A stretch of 64,000 bases of DNA from Bacilli bacterium (GCA_045226015.1 JBGVBY010000004.1:20329-84328), one strand, 5' to 3'; positions 40,041 through 50,435 are shown, counted from the first letter of the stretch. Notes: generated by a model not told the origin, from the sequence alone. Numbers and translations: made by a program.

Positions 40041-41086
40041 TATTTCTTTTCTCCCATTCTGATACGAGGATCAATAAAGCCATACGATAAGTCAAGGACG
40101 ATACCAGCGAGTAAGCCAACAGTAACGAAAATCGCCATATCAACCATTAACACGTTATAGTCTTTCGTGTTGATTGCTTGAATGTATAATCCACCGATTC
40201 CAGGAATGGAGTATAACTTTTCAAGAATCATAGAACCACCAAAGATACCAATAAATTCAGCAAGAATACTTGGTAAGATTGGAACGAATGCATTTTTTAA
40301 AGCGTGTCTCGTAATCGCTTGGTTTTTGGTTAAACCTTTTGTTCTAGCGAGTAAGAGATATTCTGAAGACATAACTTCACATAGCTCCGCTCTAACAAAA
40401 CGTGTGTAACCACAAATACTACCAAATGATAAAGACATCACCGGAATAATATAACCTAGGAATTTGTTCATAGATGTGTCTGCTGGAGACGGCCACTTAG
40501 GCGGTAGTAGCTCGTTCTGGAAGCAGAATATATACATAAGAAAGGAAATAACAACGAAGGAAGGAATGGAAATAAAGATCATAACCATTGTGGAAATAAA
40601 ATGGTCGATCCAGGTGTTTTTCTTTAAACCAGCAAGAATACCTAAACCAATACCGAGTGGAACTGAAACAATAACCGCGACGATATTGATATACATTGAT
40701 GTTGGTAATTTTCTAGCGATAATCTCTAGCGCTGAGCTTTCAGGTTCGATCTTAATAGAGATACCCCAGTCAAAACGAGTAAAAATATTTCCTAACCAAG
40801 AGAAATATTGTTCAAGAATTGGTCTTGCATAGAAATATTCATCCGCACCATAGTTATGGAACTCCGCCAGGATTTTTCCATACTTTGCCGGGTCTTGAGG
40901 CGTATTAAAACATACAACATATCCAAAATCTTGTTGCTGTAAGAAGAAAGCACGAATAACGTTCTCTTTACTTCCTGCGGCAGCGGCAGAAATTGGTAAC
41001 GACCTAACTAGCAAAAAGGTGAAAGATAAAATAATGAATGCAGTAACCAAAGCTAAGATAATTCTTTTAATTGAATACTTAAGCAT
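40040..41086 (-). CDS. oppB: Oligopeptide ABC permease
   Basis: MLKYSIKRI, ARTKGL..HALKNA, DLSYGFIDPRI. Confidence 0.93.
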   Translation of the reverse strand: MLKYSIKRIILALVTAFIILSFTFLLVRSLPISAAAAGSKENVIRAFFLQQQDFGYVVCFNTPQDPAKYGKILAEFHNYGADEYFYARPILEQYFSWLGNIFTRFDWGISIKIEPESSALEIIARKLPTSMYINIVAVIVSVPLGIGLGILAGLKKNTWIDHFISTMVMIFISIPSFVVISFLMYIFCFQNELLPPKWPSPADTSMNKFLGYIIPVMSLSFGSICGYTRFVRAELCEVMSSEYLLLARTKGLTKNQAITRHALKNAFVPILPSILAEFIGIFGGSMILEKLYSIPGIGGLYIQAINTKDYNVLMVDMAIFVTVGLLAGIVLDLSYGFIDPRIRMGEKK

Positions 41087-41134
41087 TATTCTTTCCTTCC
41101 TTTCCCATTTGTTTTATAAACAAATTGTTTGTCT

Positions 41135-41204
41135 ATTATATATTAGTAGGTTTTTATTATCAACAATTCGTTATAAATAAAAGATTTATAAAAACCTAAT
41201 AATA
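41135..41204 (-). promoter_or_regulatory. oppB sigma-A promoter (TTGATA-17-TATAAT) overlapped by a 16-bp inverted repeat
   Basis: -35 at 41158-41163, -10 at 41135-41140; repeat arms 41141-41156 and 41189-41204 match at 15/16. Confidence 0.55.
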
Positions 41205-41219
41205 ACACTATTGTAGTAT

Positions 41220-41246
41220 AAAAAAGACACTTCACGAGGAAGTGTC
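41220..41246 (-). terminator. Intrinsic terminator after the S8-oppA-lipoprotein operon
   Basis: GACACTTC-CTCGT-GAAGTGTC-TTTTTT. Confidence 0.75.
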
Positions 41247-41270
41247 AAATTTTTAGAATTATTCTTTCGA

Positions 41271-42491
41271 TTATAAATCAGAAATTGAATAGACTCTTTG
41301 ATATTGTTCTTTGACTGGGAAGTCGACTTCTTCGAGTGAATAATCATTCACTTGATCGAAGTATAATTGATATGAATAATTATCATCACCGACTTTATAG
41401 TCATAGCTAAGGTCAGTAATTTCTTTACTGAATAAGCCATCAACCCAGCTTTCTTGGAACGCTTCATATCCAGAAATTGGAGTTCCAGCAGGTGCTTCAA
41501 ACGCACTTTCATCTGCAGGACCTAAGGTTCCGAAGCTACCTTCTCTATATGAGAAATAGGTTAATGAACTAATATCTTTACCATTTTCAAGGTATTCACC
41601 TAAGAAAACATTTTGGAAACTACCATATTTCTTGAAATCGTTGAATTCATCACCGTTATATAAATATGTTCTATTGAAACCGGAATCATATACATCGGTG
41701 GCAATTTTTCTTCCTCTAGTGAAGAAGGCATCAAGCACCATGCATAAGATTTCATAACGGTCATATTTACCAGCGTAGACAGTTGTGTCTAATTCATGGA
41801 AACGATGTTTCACGTTATCATCGGCTTTGAAGATTGTACATTGATAATCTTCACCAATGCTGAATGCGTAATAAACATAAGAATAGTTGGAGAAGGATTC
41901 ACCTAAGACTCTAGTTTCAATTCTTTGAGATAAAGAGAAGAAACCATCTTTATGAGAAACTTCATAAACTGATTCAAGCATGTTGTAACGGAATTCATGA
42001 CCATTTTTAATAGTCGCGTATTTATTATTAGCAACTTGTTTAACAATCTCTGGTTCAGTCAAATTAGCATTTTGATAATTGATGATAGATTTTGTGAAAA
42101 CAGTTGCGTTATCTAAAGCGGCCTTTTTAGTGTTATTTAAAACACTTTGAACAACGATTGGGATTTCTTTAAAGACTTCATCTTCATAAGAAATAATCAA
42201 ATTAGTTCTACCAGCTTTAAGTCCTGTCACTGCCTTATTAGCGTATCTAGCAATAGAAGTATCTTCGACTTTAACATCAAACACACTACTACGCGCTTCG
42301 ATTGGCTTAATAACGTAACTAACGTCTGCAACTTGACCAGCACTAATAACAACACAATCGGTACTAGTTTTGATTTGTGTAGGACGATATTGATAAGGAG
42401 TGACATTACTAATCACGCTTGTGGTGGCACTACAGCCACCAGCAGCGAGAACAGTTGTTAATCCGATTAGTGAAAGAAATGTTTTTTTCAT
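41271..42491 (-). CDS. Hypothetical lipoprotein with an N-terminal Ig-like module
   Basis: Lipobox AGGC, Big_2-like VTGLKAGRT segment, Tyr-rich C-terminal region of unknown function. Confidence 0.75.
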   Translation of the reverse strand: MKKTFLSLIGLTTVLAAGGCSATTSVISNVTPYQYRPTQIKTSTDCVVISAGQVADVSYVIKPIEARSSVFDVKVEDTSIARYANKAVTGLKAGRTNLIISYEDEVFKEIPIVVQSVLNNTKKAALDNATVFTKSIINYQNANLTEPEIVKQVANNKYATIKNGHEFRYNMLESVYEVSHKDGFFSLSQRIETRVLGESFSNYSYVYYAFSIGEDYQCTIFKADDNVKHRFHELDTTVYAGKYDRYEILCMVLDAFFTRGRKIATDVYDSGFNRTYLYNGDEFNDFKKYGSFQNVFLGEYLENGKDISSLTYFSYREGSFGTLGPADESAFEAPAGTPISGYEAFQESWVDGLFSKEITDLSYDYKVGDDNYSYQLYFDQVNDYSLEEVDFPVKEQYQRVYSISDL

Positions 42492-42510
42492 ATATTACAT
42501 TCCTCCCAAA

Positions 42511-45500
42511 TTATTTTTGAGCAAAGTGAGCAGATAATGCTCTAGTTGGTTGTTGATCCTTACTCTTAGCAGCGGTAATGAAGTTTTCAACTGTATTACC
42601 TCCACCAATAACGTAAGAATAGTGAACATCAACATCCCAATAGATGCCATAGTTACCATAAGTAAAGAGGTGTCTTAATTCATCTTCTTTTCTTATGTAA
42701 TCTGGATCATCATAGTGACCAATGTATTGGTTTCTAAGTTGAGTGTATAAGACTTGAACAGATTGTAAATTGAAGAGGTCTTCATTAATTTGTTCGCAAA
42801 CACCTAATGATAAATCAAATTTTAATTCTTCAATATTACCTTGCGCGTCAAAGACTTTAATGATGTCTTCTCCAGTAATTTCTAAGCCTTCAGAACCAAG
42901 AATGTTAACTTGAATCTTTTCAACATTAAATTCAATTCCTAAACCTTCAACTTTAGCAAAGACAGTAGGAACACGGACTCTACCACCATTTCTTAAGTCA
43001 CCACCAACAAGAATTTCTTCTGTAGATGGATCAACAGGGTTAGTTAAGTAGCATTCGTTAACTGCTTTAGTTTCTTCTCCACCAGTAGCAATGACACCGT
43101 GATCACCAGCAGCCCATAAAGCATCGTAAGACCAGCTGCAGCCGTCATAGACGATTGGGTTGTTGTCATCAACTTTACTTGTATCAGCACCCCAGTTAAG
43201 GGTGAATCCACTAGAGTTGTTACTCTTAAGAACTTCTAAGAAGTTAAGAGGATTGAGAGTGTTACCACTAATAGCACCGAAGCCTAAGTCAAATCTACCG
43301 ATTTGTAAGTGTTGATCGTAAACTTCTTCCCAAAGGGTAACGTATGGGTTGTTAACTTTTAAGTTAACACCAAAGCTTGTACCAACAGCGTTAAAGGCTT
43401 TTTCCATGTAGTAAGCAATATCGATACCATATTCTTTTGGATCGGTAGAGCTCATCCACCAAATATCGATTTCAATAGTTGTTGGATTACTTGGAGTACC
43501 AACATCGATCTTACCACCATCGATTAATTCACGAATAGCGGTTCTAAAATAACTCTTAGCGTTATTTTCATCATAGCCGTATTTACCATCAGTTGGATCA
43601 ATACCAAATGATCTTAAAGCAGCAGCGTGATATTCGGTGTTGTTATAGCTTCTCTTAGTTGGATCTGGATTTGTTGGATCACTTAAATATGTATCCGCGA
43701 AATAGTTAACAGAAGGTTTAACACCTCTATTAGCAGCGAATGTTTTACGATCGATAGACCAGAATAAACCTTTTAAGAAGTTGAAGTTACTCATCCATGG
43801 TTTACATGAATAATATTCAACACCTGGTTTAACGGTTCCAGAAGGACCAAATAATTCATTCCATCTAGTTTGTGTAGCAGCGTTAACATTTAACTTAAAT
43901 GTTGAATCACCAACAGTTTCATAGTCTTTAGCGCCTGTTGTTGGATCGCCTTTACCAGCTTCCTCAATGTGTGATTTTGGAATACCAGTGGAATCGAGAA
44001 TACCAGTATTAAAGGTATTAAAGACGATATCACTATCCGCAGTTGGATCAAGGACAGTCATCATAACACCAGGAATACGATATGTTGTTGAGTTAACTTC
44101 GTACCAATCATCATTTCTTAAGAAGACAACTTCATTAGAAGCCCATTTAGAAAGGAAGAATGGACCGACATTAAGTACGTGAGCAGGAATTGACACGCCG
44201 GAAATGGTTCCGTATTTCTTACTTGCTTGTGGCCAGCCAGATAAACCTAAGCTACTTGCAAGCCATTCTAAGTAAGATTGTGGGAGTGGGGAATATAAGT
44301 TACTACTTAAAGTGTATTTAGCAGTAAATTGATCGATAGCATTAATAAATGTGAAATCGATATATGGTTCAGTATCACTTGCCCATCCAAGTTTGATACC
44401 AAGTTTACCGTTATCTGCGTGTTCGACGATACCAGTCCATTCATTGAACTTTTGGTCGATAGCAGCAGCAGATAAACCTTTAGTGGCCTTATTGAATTGG
44501 TTAGCGCCTCTAAATCCATAAGATGTATCGGTGGCTAATTCAGTACCACGAATTGTGTCAGATGTACCATTTAAAAGGTTCTTGAAGGCAAACATGTAGT
44601 CCATCGCTCTAATTGGCATACCATCATATTGAGTACTTGTTGCACTTCTATAGAAGATACCACCATTTTCTTTAGAAATTGGATTACCATTTTTGTCTTC
44701 ACCAACGTGGAGATACACTCTCCAAGTGTTATATAAACCTTTCGCATTTTCATCTACATAAATAGCTTCTGGTTCATTACGAGTTGCTAAAATTGGATAC
44801 CAATCATAGCCCTTCTTATTTGAAGATAATTTTGTTCCCCAGAATGAAGAAGTGATATAACCATTTAAATCACTAACTTGGCTACCTTGAGCAGTCCAAG
44901 CATTGATTGTAGAAGGGTCACTTGTCATTGAGGAAAGTAATAAGCTGCCATATTCGGCTGGAACTTTAGTGTTAACAGAAGTTAATCTACCTTCTCTTAA
45001 CAAACCAAATCCATAACCTGAAATATAGTTTGTGACTGGAAGATCAACACGGGAAGAATATCTAATCCAACCACCATTTTCGAATAATGGCATACCGGTT
45101 AAGAAGTTCTTCATCGCATATTCTTCAAGAGCACCAATGATTTTGGTCTTTTCAGTGTTATCATCAGAATAGTTCTTACCACCATCAAACTTTGTTGGTT
45201 TTGGAGCAATTGTAAGTGTTAAACCTGCGGTTTTGCCACTTTTTGTTTCTTTTGCAGATAATCTAACTGTGTGTTTTGCGTTATCAGGAACAGCATGAAC
45301 TGTAAAGTCACCAGTGTTCTTATTGATAGAAACAGCGTCTTCATTGTTTGAAGAGAATTCATAAGCTCTTCCTTCGTCAATGATTGTTGGAACAGCAACT
45401 AATCTATCGACATCGCCAACATATAATTTGTTGGTTGTTCCTCTAGTTTCAAATTTAAGAGTAAATGAGAATTGTACAGGAACGACAGGTATTTCAGAAT

Positions 45501-45579
45501 CAGCAGATCCACATGCAGTTGTGCCTAAGAGGACGGATGAACCGAGCATTAAGGCAATTTTGAATCCATGTTTTTTCAT
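42511..45579 (-). CDS. oppA: Large OppA-like (SBP family 5) lipoprotein with an Ig-like N-terminus
   Basis: Lipobox TTAC; PIRAMDY, VGPFFLSKW..LRNDDW and WSIDRK patterns resemble peptide-binding proteins; adjacent to oppBCDF. Confidence 0.75.
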   Translation of the reverse strand: MKKHGFKIALMLGSSVLLGTTACGSADSEIPVVPVQFSFTLKFETRGTTNKLYVGDVDRLVAVPTIIDEGRAYEFSSNNEDAVSINKNTGDFTVHAVPDNAKHTVRLSAKETKSGKTAGLTLTIAPKPTKFDGGKNYSDDNTEKTKIIGALEEYAMKNFLTGMPLFENGGWIRYSSRVDLPVTNYISGYGFGLLREGRLTSVNTKVPAEYGSLLLSSMTSDPSTINAWTAQGSQVSDLNGYITSSFWGTKLSSNKKGYDWYPILATRNEPEAIYVDENAKGLYNTWRVYLHVGEDKNGNPISKENGGIFYRSATSTQYDGMPIRAMDYMFAFKNLLNGTSDTIRGTELATDTSYGFRGANQFNKATKGLSAAAIDQKFNEWTGIVEHADNGKLGIKLGWASDTEPYIDFTFINAIDQFTAKYTLSSNLYSPLPQSYLEWLASSLGLSGWPQASKKYGTISGVSIPAHVLNVGPFFLSKWASNEVVFLRNDDWYEVNSTTYRIPGVMMTVLDPTADSDIVFNTFNTGILDSTGIPKSHIEEAGKGDPTTGAKDYETVGDSTFKLNVNAATQTRWNELFGPSGTVKPGVEYYSCKPWMSNFNFLKGLFWSIDRKTFAANRGVKPSVNYFADTYLSDPTNPDPTKRSYNNTEYHAAALRSFGIDPTDGKYGYDENNAKSYFRTAIRELIDGGKIDVGTPSNPTTIEIDIWWMSSTDPKEYGIDIAYYMEKAFNAVGTSFGVNLKVNNPYVTLWEEVYDQHLQIGRFDLGFGAISGNTLNPLNFLEVLKSNNSSGFTLNWGADTSKVDDNNPIVYDGCSWSYDALWAAGDHGVIATGGEETKAVNECYLTNPVDPSTEEILVGGDLRNGGRVRVPTVFAKVEGLGIEFNVEKIQVNILGSEGLEITGEDIIKVFDAQGNIEELKFDLSLGVCEQINEDLFNLQSVQVLYTQLRNQYIGHYDDPDYIRKEDELRHLFTYGNYGIYWDVDVHYSYVIGGGNTVENFITAAKSKDQQPTRALSAHFAQK

Positions 45580-45580
45580 A

Positions 45581-48500
45581 TTATTCTTGACCTCCGGTCT
45601 TTTTCTTTTTGTTTTTGATATAAGCTACGAGTATCAATGAAACAAAGGCAAATGATACTGTAGAGAGGATGACGCTTGTAGTAGCAACATTACCACCACA
45701 ACCTCCTCCTGTAATAATGACTGTGTAGTCAGATTGTCCGCTTCTAGTCACTTTCACGTAATCATCGATGGTGAATGGAGTAAGGTTTCCAAGTTCATCA
45801 ACTTTAACGAGTAAGACTGAAGTACCTAAATCTTCAAAGTCATCAGTAATCTCTAAGTCGCGGTGTTGTACAGCAGCATATTTAGAGAAGTTATATTCTG
45901 GATAATCATCTTCACCATAGATGACATTACCACTGGCGTCTTTAGCGGTATCAAATCTTAAGATAGCGTTATTAGATCCTGCGGCAATATCTTCGAGTTT
46001 AATGAATAAACGTCCAGATTCGAGTTCTTCGTTGAAACGATCATTAATCATGTCTCTTAATTCATCTTTAGAGAATTCGATATAACTATTTGTATCGCTT
46101 CCTTTAACAAAGTCATATTTTCTTCCGTTAAGAGCAAGAGATGTTAAGTTCGCATCTTTGAAGTTGAGTCTAACATTGTCTCCACTTACTTGAGCGTTAT
46201 CAAATACTGGAGATTCACTATCAATGTGGATTGTGTAATCTTTGCTAACCCAATTCATTGTGCCAGCTAATTGATAGTTGAATGATAATGTATAATCACC
46301 GCTGGCGAATGAGGCACCTGTAACAGTGTTATATAAAGGAATAATTGCGTACGCTCTATGGCACATAACGCCACCACCCATATATGATTGATCAACGTGT
46401 GATTTAAAGAGAGGATATCTCATCATGTCACTTGCTGAACCATAATATCTATCATAAACAGTATCGAGAAGTGCGCTACGGACAACAACTTCACCAGTCT
46501 TGTTATTAGTAAGGGTGAAGAAGTTATCATTAACAGAACGTAAGACGAATTGTGTTAAGACAATTGTGTTACTTGCTTTTGGATTACCAGCGAATAGATG
46601 TTCACCATCATACTTAGTAACTTCAGTAACATGTCCTTGTTCATCAACAACATTTTCTTTGTATTGGCCCATGAGATTGAGATTGGTGTTATCTTTACAA
46701 TCTTCTTTTAAGCCTTTGTCGTTATAGAAATATGGATCGAAGTTGAATTCTTTACCATCTTCTAAGTATGTTGAGACCATTGTGCTATGGAAGTCAGCGT
46801 TACCTTTACCCATTAAGGATTTGGTAATATCACTCACTAAATCAGATGGATAAACTTTGCCTTCTTCTTTTTCAAAGTCAAATGGTTCAACAACTGGCGC
46901 GGAATTGAAGTCTTTACCTGCTCCAGCGTAATAGCCTAGATATGGGATTGATAAGTCAATCTTCTTTTCAACTCCATCTGTAACTTCTTCTAAGGTCACA
47001 TAACCTTCGAGGTAGCAACCATATTCGAAGTATTGATTGATGAATTCTAATGCATCAGAGGAGATTTGATGTGAATCTAAATCGATTTGTTTGCTAAATT
47101 TAGCAGGAACTTCGATTTCTCCACATGAGACAGTTTCAATTAATGTATCTTGAGTGGATTGATATGGATAAACAGGAATGAGTTTCCATTTTTGGATGTC
47201 ATTACTTTCCGCGTCGTAATAGTAATTACCAGCTTTCCAAGTAGATAAGACATCATTTTTACAATCTTCTTCAGATGCATAGTATTCAAAGTCTCTTGTA
47301 ACTTTAACAACATCTTTATTAGAAACATTACCTTCGACTGTGTATAAGACATATTCGTAATGGTATCCTTGCTCGGATTCATCAGTCACAGTGTCTCTCT
47401 TCCAATAACTGAATCCTGTGAATTCTTCTTTGGAAGCAACTTCCACTAAGGATTCTTTGTTGTATTCAGTTGAGATGAAGTCGTTGGACCATTTCACTGC
47501 AGGTCTCATAATGGAGTAAGACACTCTATATTTATGAGCAACACTGTCAGTGTTATGAGCGATGAAACTTAATTGGACGTTACCAACGTTGATTTCATCA
47601 TTGTTTCTTAAGTTGATTTTGGATTTGCCAGTTGTTTTTCCTGTAGCAGAATCCATACCTTCAAGATAGACGTTAGTGTGGTAAGCACCGTCGAGGTTAA
47701 CCATACCAGCACCTTGAATTCTTGGAGATGAGATTTCTTTAACATTAGCAGCAGCTGTGTTTTTAGCAATCTCATATGCGTTTTCATATGTAAGTCCAGG
47801 TTGTTCTTTCATTAAGCCTAAAGCGTAATTATGTAAGATTTCTGGATTGGATTCATAATCGTTCATTGGTACAGCAGTACTCATTAAACGCATATCAATG
47901 GAATCTCTGAATGCTTTATATTCTGCGGTATCTCTACCTAAAGAAGTAGCAACCTTAGAAAGGACTAAAGCTTGTGATCCAGCGTAGTTAGGTGAACTCA
48001 TTGAAGTACCATCGATATATGTATAGGAATCATATGGGTGATTGAGTTTGTCATCCTTGGTTTGTGGAGGACATGCACCTCTAATGGAACTTCCTGGAGC
48101 GGTGATTTCTGGTTTGAGGTCTAAATCAAATGTTGGACCATCACTAGAGAATGTGGATAAAGTCTTTGCTCTATCTTCATCTTGAACGTGATCATCACCT
48201 AAGAAATTAAATGTTCCTTTTGGATTAGTATTGAAGTAATCCTTGTCTTTAAACAAACATAAGGCAATTGGCATTCCTGGATCTGTGACACTTCCTAAAG
48301 AAATATGGAAGTTGAAGTCAGTAGATGTTGGGTCGTTATTAATAATGACGAGACCAATCGCATTATGAGCGACAGCTTGATCTAATTTATCAGCGAATGA
48401 AGTTTGTCCACGGTTAACGATAACCACTTTTCCTTCAACGGATTCTTTATAGTCAGAAGCAACACCGAAACCTTTGAGGTAGGTGTATTCAACTTTAGTA

Positions 48501-49867
48501 CGTCCTTCAAGTAAATCTTCTAAGAGATATTCTTTGACGTAACTACCAGCGTAGAAACCATCAGTAACGATTTGATCTTCGTAAGGAATGATTCTACTAC
48601 CGAATTTAAATCCAGTTTTGAAATAGGATTTTAAACCATGAGCAGAAGCAACTGACATTGTGTTGTGGTTATTTGCGTATCCACCTAAGATACCAGTTTC
48701 TGCCATATCGGTTGTCCAGTTACCGTAAGCACCAGCGAAACTATAAGAAGTTTTACCAGCGTTACCAGCGGAAATAGCGGTTAAGATACCACTAGCGGAT
48801 AAATCTTGTAAGGTTTTGAGTGTGATGGAATCTAAGTCAAAGTCGTTAAGATCTGAACCTAATGACATGTTAATTCCGTCAACATGTAATTCCATACAGT
48901 CTTCTAAGGCTCTTAAAATTGGAAGATCGTAAGCACCTGTAGAACTACCTAAGCCGAGTTTTTCTTCAACTTCACTAGCTTTGAGGTTAGTGAAGACTTT
49001 CATACAAACGAGTTGTGCTTTTGGAGCGATACCTTTATATGTATCAGCGTTACCACTAGCAATACTAGCGACGTGACTTCCGTGGAAGGAGACATCACTA
49101 GAGACATCAAAGTCTTCAAAGAATTTGGAATTATCTGGTCTTTGTTCTCCACCATAATCGAAATAGAATGGAACTTTGTTATTTAAGTAACATGAACCTT
49201 CTGTACCAAGATTGTCATTGATCTTCGCACCAACTCTACTATTGGTTTTCGCGTAGGTTTCACTTAAATCTGGTCGAGTGGTAAATCTTACTTTTGTTCC
49301 AGCTGGCAATGGAGAGAATGTTTCATGTAACCAAGTTTGTTCACTATCATGAGCAGTTCTGAAATAGAATTCGTTATCTAAAATCGCGATAACGGTTCCT
49401 TCTCCTTCATTAGTGTCCTTACTCTTTTGCATTGTTGTAGCAGAGACGTTTTCATCCACGGTTGGGACTGGGTCTCTATTAATTGAACCTGGAGCATAGT
49501 CTGGTTCAGTTGGAACGCTTTGAGTAAAGATATGAAGTTTGTCTACGGTTACACTTTTAACACCAGGTAAAGTTTTGATTTGTTCGACATAGCTACTATT
49601 TACAGAGATAGCAAATGCGTTATTAAGATTCTTGAAGTGGTCAGTAACTTCGAAGTTTCTAGTAACGTTACTACGAATGGAATTGATAACAGCGTTTTGG
49701 GTGTTAAGAACTCCTTCTCTTGTTAAACTTGATAACGAACGATCAACTTCAACAATGATTCGTGTATCTCTTTCTAATGGAGCTAAACGAGGAGAAGCTT
49801 CACTTGCTGTATTAGCGCCCATAGCAAGTCCTGCGAATAGGGCAGCAAGTACTGTAGCTTTAATCAT
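45581..49867 (-). CDS. Cell-surface subtilisin-family (S8, lactocepin/C5a-peptidase-like) protease
   Basis: Signal peptide, I9 propeptide, catalytic triad ILDNE / HGSHVA / GTSMSSP, SAGN, PA domain, SPRIQGAG; C-terminal GGGCGG-TM-KKKK. Start ATG 49867 after GGAGG. Confidence 0.92.
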   Translation of the reverse strand: MIKATVLAALFAGLAMGANTASEASPRLAPLERDTRIIVEVDRSLSSLTREGVLNTQNAVINSIRSNVTRNFEVTDHFKNLNNAFAISVNSSYVEQIKTLPGVKSVTVDKLHIFTQSVPTEPDYAPGSINRDPVPTVDENVSATTMQKSKDTNEGEGTVIAILDNEFYFRTAHDSEQTWLHETFSPLPAGTKVRFTTRPDLSETYAKTNSRVGAKINDNLGTEGSCYLNNKVPFYFDYGGEQRPDNSKFFEDFDVSSDVSFHGSHVASIASGNADTYKGIAPKAQLVCMKVFTNLKASEVEEKLGLGSSTGAYDLPILRALEDCMELHVDGINMSLGSDLNDFDLDSITLKTLQDLSASGILTAISAGNAGKTSYSFAGAYGNWTTDMAETGILGGYANNHNTMSVASAHGLKSYFKTGFKFGSRIIPYEDQIVTDGFYAGSYVKEYLLEDLLEGRTKVEYTYLKGFGVASDYKESVEGKVVIVNRGQTSFADKLDQAVAHNAIGLVIINNDPTSTDFNFHISLGSVTDPGMPIALCLFKDKDYFNTNPKGTFNFLGDDHVQDEDRAKTLSTFSSDGPTFDLDLKPEITAPGSSIRGACPPQTKDDKLNHPYDSYTYIDGTSMSSPNYAGSQALVLSKVATSLGRDTAEYKAFRDSIDMRLMSTAVPMNDYESNPEILHNYALGLMKEQPGLTYENAYEIAKNTAAANVKEISSPRIQGAGMVNLDGAYHTNVYLEGMDSATGKTTGKSKINLRNNDEINVGNVQLSFIAHNTDSVAHKYRVSYSIMRPAVKWSNDFISTEYNKESLVEVASKEEFTGFSYWKRDTVTDESEQGYHYEYVLYTVEGNVSNKDVVKVTRDFEYYASEEDCKNDVLSTWKAGNYYYDAESNDIQKWKLIPVYPYQSTQDTLIETVSCGEIEVPAKFSKQIDLDSHQISSDALEFINQYFEYGCYLEGYVTLEEVTDGVEKKIDLSIPYLGYYAGAGKDFNSAPVVEPFDFEKEEGKVYPSDLVSDITKSLMGKGNADFHSTMVSTYLEDGKEFNFDPYFYNDKGLKEDCKDNTNLNLMGQYKENVVDEQGHVTEVTKYDGEHLFAGNPKASNTIVLTQFVLRSVNDNFFTLTNNKTGEVVVRSALLDTVYDRYYGSASDMMRYPLFKSHVDQSYMGGGVMCHRAYAIIPLYNTVTGASFASGDYTLSFNYQLAGTMNWVSKDYTIHIDSESPVFDNAQVSGDNVRLNFKDANLTSLALNGRKYDFVKGSDTNSYIEFSKDELRDMINDRFNEELESGRLFIKLEDIAAGSNNAILRFDTAKDASGNVIYGEDDYPEYNFSKYAAVQHRDLEITDDFEDLGTSVLLVKVDELGNLTPFTIDDYVKVTRSGQSDYTVIITGGGCGGNVATTSVILSTVSFAFVSLILVAYIKNKKKKTGGQE

Positions 49868-49954
49868 ATTGTTTTCCTCCTTTTCTTGTGCCCGTGTAGG
49901 CACATAAATGTGTATTTGTTTAATAATATATAATAAATCGTATGCGTAAGGCAA

Positions 49955-49986
49955 AGAAAAAAATGACTTTTTTCAGTCATCTTCTT
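49955..49986 (-). terminator. Intrinsic terminator after the DUF3899-like gene
   Basis: ATGACT-GAAAAA-AGTCAT-TTTTTT. Confidence 0.55.
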
Positions 49987-50014
49987 CTAAAAAATAGATA
50001 AATTTAGACCACTT

Positions 50015-50431
50015 TTACATCGATGCGTGATAGACAATTTCTAACGCAATTGTGGCGATGATAAATAGGACATCTACAAAGTAGGCCGCCATATAAACAC
50101 GTGGTCCAGAAGATCTTTTTTTGTTCTTTTCATCACGGTATTCAACATAGTCATGATACTTATTTGGATTTTTTGAAAACATTGAACTAAACATTTGTTG
50201 GAAACCATAAGAGAGGAAATCATACGCTCCATAGTTAGAGAGTAAGATCAAACAGCCTAAAAAGAAGAGCGCTAAAGCAGACCAACCAATACCATTCGTG
50301 GCGCCTTGAAGTGACTTATCTCCTAAATAGAAGAATAGTAAAAATATACCTACTCCAATAACCGCAAAAACCGCTCCATAGATGAGGTAAGCACGATAAT
50401 ATCTTTTAAAATTCTCAATAAACTTTTTCAT
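50015..50431 (-). CDS. DUF3899-like membrane protein
   Basis: Three TM helices with the GAYDFLSYGF motif; this family is commonly found beside opp loci. Confidence 0.7.
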   Translation of the reverse strand: MKKFIENFKRYYRAYLIYGAVFAVIGVGIFLLFFYLGDKSLQGATNGIGWSALALFFLGCLILLSNYGAYDFLSYGFQQMFSSMFSKNPNKYHDYVEYRDEKNKKRSSGPRVYMAAYFVDVLFIIATIALEIVYHASM

Positions 50432-50435
50432 AGGT

